DNA of 64,000 nucleotides from IMG/VR virus record IMGVR_UViG_3300042898_000786, positions 1-64,000 of that record, one strand, 5' to 3'. Shown in pieces: positions 56,311 to 64,000 of this stretch. Position numbers and translations under genes: made by a program. The notes beneath the pieces were generated by a model, which was given only the letters and a program-made list of their open reading frames with translations, did no database searches and had not been told where the DNA came from. Numbering within the stretch: position 1 is the stretch's first letter; each line of letters begins with the position of its first letter. This DNA comes from a virus.

Positions 56311-56677
56311 ATCGGATGTCAGTCCCGTATTCTGTAGAAACGTGGAGCAAGCCAGTTCTTTCGTGTGGGTCCTTTAACAGCATTACTACCGTCTTGGTAT
56401 TGGGGTTCCAGTAGTATCGTGAGTCAATCTCGTTAAAACCATTAGACTTTAACTGCTGCCGATGACTAGTCCATTGTGTTACGGTCATAAGCTCGCTTGT
56501 TGTGCTGTCCGGGGCAAGGTAGAATGATTTCTCCTCGGCCAATACCCACTTGGCGAAAAGACCTTTGTTCACAACAGCTGTATAGTTGTGTCCGAAGAAA
56601 TTAAATTCTGAGTGAAAGTTTTCTTGAGCAAAGAGGCTTCCAGAAAAGAGTAGTGCTGCTGCGATTAAATGTTTCAT
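56309..56677 (-). CDS. secreted protein with signal peptide
   Basis: MKHLIAAALLFSGSLFAQ; opposite orientation in late cluster. Confidence 0.65.
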   Translation of the reverse strand: MKHLIAAALLFSGSLFAQENFHSEFNFFGHNYTAVVNKGLFAKWVLAEEKSFYLAPDSTTSELMTVTQWTSHRQQLKSNGFNEIDSRYYWNPNTKTVVMLLKDPHERTGLLHVSTEYGTDIR

Positions 56678-56766
56678 TGTTGATAATTTGTTAGTTTCTT
56701 ATACAAGTATACGACATTGAAACAGCTTTGTCAATAGTGTAATGAAATATTTTTTATTTTTGTAGG

Positions 56767-56997
56767 ATGAGAGCTATCAAGAAGCAGAACGTACAGGTAA
56801 AAGGGTACAGTGATGGCTCGCCCTACCGCACACGAAAGTATATCATCATTGATGGAGATACCATCGATATGTCTAAGACTGGGCTGACACTGAGGTTGAT
56901 TCCTAATGTCGGGGATGAGAAGATTGCTGAACCGTATTCTGGGAAGCACACCTTCCCCGGAGCTACGTCTGTAAAAGAAGTACCTTTACGACGATAA
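56767..56997 (+). CDS. small putative virion protein
   Basis: GYSDGSP..I.GDTIDM..TFPGATSVKEVP. Confidence 0.6.
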   Translation: MRAIKKQNVQVKGYSDGSPYRTRKYIIIDGDTIDMSKTGLTLRLIPNVGDEKIAEPYSGKHTFPGATSVKEVPLRR

Positions 56998-57010
56998 AAA
57001 ACAAACAGTT

Positions 57011-57187
57011 ATGAAAGCGAAAAAGTATAACGGAGGCGGTAAGATGGAAGAGTCTGGCGCCGAGATTGAAATAAAGGCTATGGACTTGATGGAAGCTGTT
57101 AAGCAGTTGCAAGCAGCTGTTAAAGCGGGCTCACAAACTCCTACTCATTACAAAGTAAAGGCTTGTTTCTACGAAGGTGAAGAATGA
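57011..57187 (+). CDS. small protein
   Basis: MKAKKYNGGGKM... Confidence 0.55.
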   Translation: MKAKKYNGGGKMEESGAEIEIKAMDLMEAVKQLQAAVKAGSQTPTHYKVKACFYEGEE

Positions 57188-57194
57188 TGTTTTA

Positions 57195-57347
57195 ATGGGG
57201 TACGTTTTCCACTACAATCCTTATAAGGAAATGTGGGCTGCTATTCCTCGTGAAGCGTACCTCGACTACTTCAACGGCATCTACGACCGTACTACGTTTC
57301 ATCAGAGCGTAAAAGAACTCGTTAAATACACAAGTACTAATGGCTAA
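57195..57347 (+). CDS. small protein
   Basis: YVFHYNPYKEMWAAIPRE.Y.DYFNG. Confidence 0.55.
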   Translation: MGYVFHYNPYKEMWAAIPREAYLDYFNGIYDRTTFHQSVKELVKYTSTNG

Positions 57348-57462
57348 GTCATCGAAGAAGCGTCTTAAAAGCGGGCGCGGAGTAAAAAAAGTGAGCGCAA
57401 AGCGCTCGATAGTCGGCGTTCGTAACTTAGCGATTATAAACAAAATTGCTTATGAAAGCTAA
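57340..57462 (+). CDS. small basic protein
   Basis: MAKSSKKRLKSGRG..., overlapping neighbours. Confidence 0.4.
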   Translation: MAKSSKKRLKSGRGVKKVSAKRSIVGVRNLAIINKIAYES

Positions 57463-57616
57463 TAAGAAATCTAACAAGGTGATGGTCGCTGCCCCGGAGG
57501 GTTATCACTGGATGATAGAAAAGGGCCGTTACTTCCTTATGGAGCACGAAGGTAAATTTGTACCACACACCGGCGCATCCCTAGAGGCGGCGTTCAGAAT
57601 AAAGAAAGCACACTGA
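57452..57616 (+). CDS. small basic protein
   Basis: APEGYHWM...LMEHEGKFVPHTGAS. Confidence 0.6.
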   Translation: MKANKKSNKVMVAAPEGYHWMIEKGRYFLMEHEGKFVPHTGASLEAAFRIKKAH

Positions 57617-57771
57617 TGAAAGCGAATAAGAAAACAATTAAGCGTGCCGACGGTTCGTACTCGCCCCGAGGTTTATGGGACAATATCCGAGCTAATAAAG
57701 GTTCTGGTAAAACTCCAACTAAAGAGATGCTCGAACAAGAAAAGAAGATTCGTCGTGAAAGCAAGAACTAA
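57616..57771 (+). CDS. small basic protein
   Basis: KRADGSYSPRGLWDNIRANKGSGK.PTKEML. Confidence 0.6.
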   Translation: MKANKKTIKRADGSYSPRGLWDNIRANKGSGKTPTKEMLEQEKKIRRESKN

Positions 57772-58006
57772 GACATCTGCATTCTACAAGGATAACCCAG
57801 AATCTGCTGAGAAACGCCGGGAGTACCAGCGTGAGTATAACAAGACAGAAGAGCGAAAGAAGTACCGGGCCTACTTAAATAAAAAGAACCGGGAAGCTGG
57901 AACCTACGGTAACGGCGACAAGCTTGACGCATCACATACCAAGAAGGGTGGGATAGTGTTCGAAGCACAAGGTGCTAACAGGGCAAGAAACCGCTCAAAG
58001 AAGTAA
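57755..58006 (+). CDS. HNH-like small protein
   Basis: GTG start; GDKLDASH...ANRARN. Confidence 0.5.
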   Translation: MKARTKTSAFYKDNPESAEKRREYQREYNKTEERKKYRAYLNKKNREAGTYGNGDKLDASHTKKGGIVFEAQGANRARNRSKK

Positions 58007-58047
58007 AGTATCTTTGTCCTAATTTAGTAGCTAATAAAAATTAGGAT

Positions 58048-58356
58048 ATGGAAGAATATGAATCTAAAGAGTTCTATAGGGAACTCCGTGAGCGTTACGA
58101 CGACATCCAAAATTTTATCTCTGAGCGAGATAAGGATGGTGAGTTCTTTACCCTTATGGCGGTAGGACGATATGTAGAAGGCGAGGTCGACGACTCAATA
58201 GAGATGTCTTTCGCCACAAACATAAGCGACGAAGAAGAACTCGACGATATAATGAATTCGTTATACACATCCATAAACAACCAGCTCGACGAGCCAAAAA
58301 GTGTAAATTACTGGATTCGACTCTTCGGAGGAGACCCAGACAAATACTTAAACTAA
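58048..58356 (+). CDS. acidic hypothetical protein
   Basis: ORF after TATCTTTG box at 58009-58016. Confidence 0.6.
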   Translation: MEEYESKEFYRELRERYDDIQNFISERDKDGEFFTLMAVGRYVEGEVDDSIEMSFATNISDEEELDDIMNSLYTSINNQLDEPKSVNYWIRLFGGDPDKYLN

Positions 58357-58593
58357 ATGAATATAATAAGAAAACTAATCATCGGGCAAAACCCGAAGGA
58401 CGCCCTGGCCTATCTATTAGATATGAAGGCAGGAGCTGGAACCGTATCGGTCATAGAGTTCGATGAGCGTACATACCTAAAGAACGGCCAACGCTGCTAC
58501 AACATATATATCACTAGCCCCAATGGCACTATGCTATGGAAGCGCGTTGAGAATATGCCGACACTAGCAGAATACGACTGTCACTTCGAGTAA
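58357..58593 (+). CDS. conserved hypothetical protein
   Basis: IIRKL.IG..PKDA...LWK...MP...EYD. Confidence 0.65.
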   Translation: MNIIRKLIIGQNPKDALAYLLDMKAGAGTVSVIEFDERTYLKNGQRCYNIYITSPNGTMLWKRVENMPTLAEYDCHFE

Positions 58594-58629
58594 CGGAGTA
58601 AAACCCTAATAATTTTATTGGAATTTAAT

Positions 58630-59199
58630 ATGAAACCACTTAATCACTTTATCGTTGAGCTACCAAAGAAGTTCAAGGACACCATAGAAATCGCAGGCAA
58701 GACGCTATACCTGGCATCTAAGTTTGACGAGTTCGCCAACAGAATTACATCTGGAAAGATACTGGGCGTACCAGAGCGTGTTGACACCGGAGCCAAAGTA
58801 GGCGACACTATCTACTTCCATCATCACGTTGTGATGAACACATCTTTTGAAATTGAGAAAGGGCGTTACTTAGTTATGTACGACCCCAAGGGAGCATACG
58901 GTAACCACGCTGTTGCATACAAGAATGAAGAAGGTATGCATATGCTAGGAGACTGGGTATTCCTTCGTGAGATAAAGGAGAAAGAACTTAACTCAAGTGT
59001 TGTAATCCTGATTGACGAAGAGAAGCGCCAGCGTCGTGGCGTCATAGCTTTTGACCATCCAGCGTTATTGGAGATGGGCGTAAAGGTCGGTGACACCGTA
59101 GGTTACGGAGCCTCAGCAGATTATGATATGGAAGTAGACGGAGAAAATATGCTGCGTATGCTTTTACACGAAATTCTATATGTCGAAGAGGCCCATTAA
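58630..59199 (+). CDS. groES: GroES-like co-chaperonin, two domains
   Basis: MKPLNHFIV...KVGDTIYF; LGDWVFL...GVKVGDTVGY...DGENML. Confidence 0.7.
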   Translation: MKPLNHFIVELPKKFKDTIEIAGKTLYLASKFDEFANRITSGKILGVPERVDTGAKVGDTIYFHHHVVMNTSFEIEKGRYLVMYDPKGAYGNHAVAYKNEEGMHMLGDWVFLREIKEKELNSSVVILIDEEKRQRRGVIAFDHPALLEMGVKVGDTVGYGASADYDMEVDGENMLRMLLHEILYVEEAH

Positions 59200-59476
59200 G
59201 TTCACCACCATCGTCGCGTCTCAGAACCTCATCGAGGCTATGGAACAGGCTATACATAATATGACCGAGGAACTGAAGAAGCCTGTAGACCCAGAGCTAA
59301 ATGGTTCCGCTAGAAAAGCTGAGCTTGCCGCGCTTAAGGAAACCGCATTAGCTTGTAAAGAACTTATTATAGAAAGGCAAAGGCTAGAGCAGCTTGTCGC
59401 CGACCTCAAGAACACCGATATTATTGCTGAGCATTCAGACTTCGCTGGTGGCTTTGCGGAGAGATACCGTAAGTAA
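59180..59476 (+). CDS. putative terminase small subunit
   Basis: Helical, directly upstream of and coupled to TerL. Confidence 0.5.
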   Translation: MSKRPIKFTTIVASQNLIEAMEQAIHNMTEELKKPVDPELNGSARKAELAALKETALACKELIIERQRLEQLVADLKNTDIIAEHSDFAGGFAERYRK

Positions 59477-61599
59477 TGGCAGGTATAAAAGACATAGAAG
59501 GATACGATGACTTCGTTATCAATATATGTCCGGATGGGACAGGTGAAGAAATTATAGAAATTTCACGTCTTTACATCCAGCTTCCTGAGATGCCAGACGA
59601 CAAACAGATTCTATTTAACGAGCTCCCCACAGACCAACAGTATTGGCGCAGGTTATCTGTCCCTAAGGAGCTGGAGCGAATCCGAACTATGGACGAGTGG
59701 TCCGAGGCTCCTAAGGAGTTTCGAGATAAGTTCACACCTTACATAGAGCGTGAGTTCTCGAGAAGGAAAAAAGGCTTGTGGTTTTATAACAACGGAACAC
59801 CGACGTATATCACCGGACACCACTATATGCTGTTGCAGTGGAGCAAGATGGACATAGGATACGCGAGCTATCTTGACTTCCAAAGAAAGCTATTCATACA
59901 CTACGCGGCCTGCGAAGCCGACCCCCGATGCATTGGACAGGTATACGTCAAGTGCCGCCGCTCCGGATATACCAATATATCCGCTTCTATACTTGTGGAC
60001 GAAGGCACGCAGGTGGCAGAGAAGCTTCTAGGAATCATATCAAAGACAGGTAAGGATGCTCAGGACAACGTCTTTATGAAGAAGGTGTTTCCTATGTTCC
60101 GTAGCTATCCGTTCTTCTTTAAGCCGGTACAGGATGGTACTACTAATCCACGTATGGAACTTGCGTTCCGTGAGCCATCTCAGAGAATCACGAAGAACAA
60201 CAAGGCTGTTATGATGACCCAGGCACTGGATACCGTCATCAACTGGAAGAACACAGTAAACAACGCCTACGACGGAGAAAAGCTCCACACTCTGTTTCTT
60301 GATGAGGCTTCAAAGCTAGAGAACCCATTGGATATAAATGAGTTATGGCGTATTCACAGGACCTGTCTTATCGTGGGAAAGAAAGTTGTCGGCAAGGCCC
60401 TCGTAGGCTCTACAGTTAACCCGCTCGATAAAGGCGGCTCGAACTATAAGAAGCTATACTACGATTCAGACCCAAAGAAGCGTAACGACAACGGAAGAAC
60501 AAAAAGCGGTCTTTATAAAATATTCATACCAGCGCACGAGGCCCTAGAGGGGTTCTTTGATATATACGGCCTACCGATAGTAAACGACCCTGATAAAGCT
60601 ACAAGTACTATGGAGGGAGACATCGTGAAAATAGGAGCTAAGACCTACCTGAATAACGAAAGGAAGGCCCTGATGAGCGACCCCTATGAGCTAAACGAAG
60701 TAATACGCCAGTTCCCTTGGACAGAAGAGGAGGCTTTTCGAGACTCCACAAAGACATCTCACTTTAATATATCTAAGATATACGAGCAGCTGGAGCACAA
60801 CAGCAGCCTCTTTCCCAATCCGGTGATACGTGGTAACTTCATATGGGCGAACGGCCAGCAGGATACTAAAGTGGTTTTCAGTCCAGACCCTAATGGTAAA
60901 TTCCACGTGTCTTGGCTTATGCCGTTTGAGGAGTCTAACAAGCAGTTGATACAAGGCGGTAAGCGCTCACCGGGTAATGTACTGCTCGGCGTCGGGGGGG
61001 TTGACTCCTACGATATCGACGAGACAGCAGACGGTCGTGGCTCTAAGGGCGCTTTCCATCTTTTTAATAAGTTCAATATGAACTATCCTAGCAATAGGTT
61101 TGTAGTGGAGTACGCTGAGCGACCAGAGCTAGCTCGTATTTTTTACGAGGATGTTCTCCTGACTGCTGTATACTACGGATACCCACTGCTAGTGGAAAAC
61201 AACAAGTATGGTATCGTGCGATACTTCGAGTCGCGGGGATATGATAACTATATTATGGATAGGCCATCACATCTAACGCCACCTAACCAGCGCGGCAGCG
61301 TTCGCACTAAAGGTGTTCCTTCTAACTCACAGGAATTCATACAGGCTCACGCTCAAGCGATTGAGGCATATCTCCACGAGCATATAGGATATAAAATGGA
61401 TACGGATGAGCACGGTAAGATGTATTTCAATAGGACACTACAGGACTGGATAGGATACAAGATTAGTGACCGTACTAAGTTTGACTTAACGATTAGTTCT
61501 GGCCTTGCTTTACTAGGTGCTCAGACAATAGTAAAGGAGAAAAGGCTAAGCGACACAACTGATAAAGTATTCTTTAGGCGCTACAAGGCGCGTTTCTAA
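59476..61599 (+). CDS. terL: terminase large subunit
   Basis: Walker A KCRRSGYT, Walker B LFLDEASK, GST, nuclease GGVDSYD, VENNK, FDLTISSGLAL. Confidence 0.9.
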   Translation: MAGIKDIEGYDDFVINICPDGTGEEIIEISRLYIQLPEMPDDKQILFNELPTDQQYWRRLSVPKELERIRTMDEWSEAPKEFRDKFTPYIEREFSRRKKGLWFYNNGTPTYITGHHYMLLQWSKMDIGYASYLDFQRKLFIHYAACEADPRCIGQVYVKCRRSGYTNISASILVDEGTQVAEKLLGIISKTGKDAQDNVFMKKVFPMFRSYPFFFKPVQDGTTNPRMELAFREPSQRITKNNKAVMMTQALDTVINWKNTVNNAYDGEKLHTLFLDEASKLENPLDINELWRIHRTCLIVGKKVVGKALVGSTVNPLDKGGSNYKKLYYDSDPKKRNDNGRTKSGLYKIFIPAHEALEGFFDIYGLPIVNDPDKATSTMEGDIVKIGAKTYLNNERKALMSDPYELNEVIRQFPWTEEEAFRDSTKTSHFNISKIYEQLEHNSSLFPNPVIRGNFIWANGQQDTKVVFSPDPNGKFHVSWLMPFEESNKQLIQGGKRSPGNVLLGVGGVDSYDIDETADGRGSKGAFHLFNKFNMNYPSNRFVVEYAERPELARIFYEDVLLTAVYYGYPLLVENNKYGIVRYFESRGYDNYIMDRPSHLTPPNQRGSVRTKGVPSNSQEFIQAHAQAIEAYLHEHIGYKMDTDEHGKMYFNRTLQDWIGYKISDRTKFDLTISSGLALLGAQTIVKEKRLSDTTDKVFFRRYKARF

Positions 61600-61653
61600 T
61601 TGCTTTATATTTGCCGTTGAAAGCATAATATGCTTATATAAAGGAATTACTAT

Positions 61654-64000
61654 ATGTACAACGGGAAAAATCCTCATCCCATTAATAATTTCCCTGACCC
61701 GCTTGCACCATATGATGTCAAGCAGTCAAAGGATTACGGTCTTCAGTATGCGAAAAGCATAGAGACACAATGGGGTCGACCTGAGGACGATGGTAGCTTA
61801 TTTCGTCGTAGACTCAAGGAGTTTGAGCAGAACAGAGACTACGCCAACGGCACCCAGGATACTGCTATATACAAACAGATTCTTAATTCACTGGACCCAA
61901 ACAACGGTGATGGAACGCTACTTAACATCGACTGGTCTCCAGTGCCGATTGTGCCTAAGTTCGTTAAAATTGTCGTAAACAAAATTCTGTCTCGTAACCC
62001 ATATCCAAACATAGAGGCTGTTGACCCACTTTCAGTATCTCAGAAAGAAAAGAAAAAAGCGGAGGTAAAAGCAGGTGTCGAGCTTAAGCCATTACTCAGT
62101 GAGCTTGAAGGTCTAGGCGTTAGAACTGGATATGACGTACCTGCATTACCAGATACCCTAGAAGAGGCAGAGATTTTTCTTGACACAAACATCAAGATTG
62201 CTAGTGAAATAGCCACCCAGATTGCTACAGAGCTAACGCTAAGCTGGAACGAGTTCGGTGAGCGTATCTATCGACGTTGTGTTGATGACCTCGTGTCTAT
62301 TGGTATGGCAGTCGTAAAGCGTGAAAATGACCCTAACTACGGAATCGTAGAGAACTACGTAGACCCTGCATACTTCATACACAGCCATACCGATGACCCT
62401 AATATGTCTGACCTTATCTATGCGGGTCACGTACGTCGTATGAGCATTATGGACCTCAAGCGTCAAGCTGGAGACCAGTTTACAGAAGATGAGTACCAGA
62501 AGCTCGCTACAATGGTGCAGAACCGGTATAGCAACAATTCATCAGGACTAAACCAGTCTTACTACGACAAGAACTTACAGTCCGTCTCTTATGGATATGA
62601 CGAATTTATAGTAGAAGTACTTGAGTTTGAGTACCTTAGTGTTGACGATGTATACTTTGAGGAGAAAGAGTCACGCCACGGCAACGTAGGATTTTACTAT
62701 AAGGGCTTTAAGTATGAGGCCGCTCGCGAAAGCGTATATGACCGTAAGCCTTACCGTATGCAAACAGCTACCGTATATGGAGGTAAGTATATCATCGGAA
62801 CTAGTTTTCTCTTCGACTACGGTGTGAAGAAGAATATACCTAGGAACGTACACGACCTAACTCGTGCTCGTCTAAGCTACAGCGTAGTGGCGACCAACTT
62901 GCGTCGTATGATTCCTAAGTCTATGGTCTCAATGGTGAAGAGCTTTGCTGACCAGCTGCAAATCACTCACCTTAAGATTCAACAAGCTATAGCCAAGGCT
63001 AAGCCTGATGGTCTTATGATTGACATCGAGGGCCTCGAGAACGTACAGCTAGGACGCGGTGGAGAGCTTCAGCCTCTCGACATCCAAGATATCTACGAAC
63101 AGACGGGTATCTTCTATTACCGCTCTAAGAATCCTGAAGGAGGATTCCAGAACCCACCGGTACGTGAGATTAGCAACCAGATTCGCAACATCAACGAACT
63201 GATTTCTCTGTACAACCACTACCTGCGTATGATTCGCGACGCGACAGGACTCAATGAAGTGGTAGACGGAAGTACTCCAAAAGGTGAGCAACTAGTAGGC
63301 GTCCGACAGCAAGCGATTGAAGCCTCCAACAATGCTACTTACGATATCACTAATTCCGCTATGGTTCTATTCAAGAAGGTATGCGATGACATAGTGCGAT
63401 GCTTGCAGATTATTCCGAAGGATAGCGTTTTATACCGTACCTACGAACAAGCCCTAGGCAGCAGCAGTATGGATGTGATATCCTCGTTCGCAGACCTGCC
63501 TATGTATAACTTCGGTGTGCGCGTAGTCGCAGAGATGGAAGATATGGATAAGGCTTACTTAGAGTCCAATATCCAGCAGTCTTTACTACAAAAAGAGATT
63601 GACCTCGAGGACGCTATCGCTATACGTAGGCTTAAAGATGTAACGCAGGCAGAGCAGTTGTTAATTGTGCGTCGTAAGAAGCGACAAAAACAACAGCAGC
63701 AGTTGGCGCAGCAGAACTCTCAGATGCAAGCTCAAGTCAATGCCCAGTCGGCACAAGCCACAAGTCAAGCTAGGATGCAAGAAGAGCAAATGAAGGCCCA
63801 ACTCGGAGCTCAGAAAATGCAGCTGGAGACGCAGATGAAGACTCAACTATTGCAGGTAGAGTACGAACTCAAAATGCGCCTCGCAGAACTAGAAGGTCGT
63901 TATGGCTTACAGCAGCAGGAGATTGAATCCGGGGTACGTACAGATATCGAGTCCGACCGTGAGGACCGGAAAGACTCTCGCGTTAAGAAGCAAGCTGTAG
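61654..64000 (+). CDS. portal protein, 3' truncated (absent from ORF track)
   Basis: MYNGKNPHPINNFPDP...NIDWSPVPIVPKFVKIVVN...IRDATGLNEVVDGSTP; Q-rich C-terminus; follows TerL and TATATTTG box at 61606-61613. Confidence 0.85.
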   Translation, partial: MYNGKNPHPINNFPDPLAPYDVKQSKDYGLQYAKSIETQWGRPEDDGSLFRRRLKEFEQNRDYANGTQDTAIYKQILNSLDPNNGDGTLLNIDWSPVPIVPKFVKIVVNKILSRNPYPNIEAVDPLSVSQKEKKKAEVKAGVELKPLLSELEGLGVRTGYDVPALPDTLEEAEIFLDTNIKIASEIATQIATELTLSWNEFGERIYRRCVDDLVSIGMAVVKRENDPNYGIVENYVDPAYFIHSHTDDPNMSDLIYAGHVRRMSIMDLKRQAGDQFTEDEYQKLATMVQNRYSNNSSGLNQSYYDKNLQSVSYGYDEFIVEVLEFEYLSVDDVYFEEKESRHGNVGFYYKGFKYEAARESVYDRKPYRMQTATVYGGKYIIGTSFLFDYGVKKNIPRNVHDLTRARLSYSVVATNLRRMIPKSMVSMVKSFADQLQITHLKIQQAIAKAKPDGLMIDIEGLENVQLGRGGELQPLDIQDIYEQTGIFYYRSKNPEGGFQNPPVREISNQIRNINELISLYNHYLRMIRDATGLNEVVDGSTPKGEQLVGVRQQAIEASNNATYDITNSAMVLFKKVCDDIVRCLQIIPKDSVLYRTYEQALGSSSMDVISSFADLPMYNFGVRVVAEMEDMDKAYLESNIQQSLLQKEIDLEDAIAIRRLKDVTQAEQLLIVRRKKRQKQQQQLAQQNSQMQAQVNAQSAQATSQARMQEEQMKAQLGAQKMQLETQMKTQLLQVEYELKMRLAELEGRYGLQQQEIESGVRTDIESDREDRKDSRVKKQAV

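Noticed and set aside
35453-61599. Introns or inteins in nrdA, nrdB, helicase or terL
   Set aside because: All are uninterrupted and of normal length with no intein motifs
1-64000. Stop-codon reassignment as in some crAss-like phages
   Set aside because: Long genes are intact in the standard code, all three stops are used and there is no suppressor tRNA

Overview
The whole window is a lytic tailed phage of Bacteroidota, in the standard genetic code. Gene content and order resemble aquatic crAss-like/Flavobacteriia podoviruses, and TAnnTTTG host-type promoters precede many genes. The plus strand 1-34142 holds tail fibres with S74 chaperone domains, holin candidates, scaffold, major capsid protein, tail ring/nozzle proteins, three ejection (cargo) proteins including a 3315-aa polyvalent protein, and a u-spanin. 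The minus strand 34209-53102 is a complete early/replication block (nrdAB, primase-helicase, Rad52-like annealase, nucleases, many small genes) with no recognisable DNA polymerase. A non-coding control region lies at about 53100-54540. The plus strand 55114-64000 holds an M15 endolysin, small basic proteins, GroES, terminase and a truncated portal. The most striking unexplained signal is at the RNA level in the early transcript: a structured leader of about 400 nt, an anticodon-less mini-tRNA, and two type I hammerhead ribozymes with identical stem I. The ribozymes flank one small ORF and could excise and circularise a 244-nt mRNA. Other notable items are a 7-copy 20-nt junction repeat organising small gene cassettes, a candidate -1 frameshift and two nested +1 ORFs in the giant cargo gene, and apparent avoidance of GATC and CATG. 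All family assignments come from motif recognition by eye; no database search was run.
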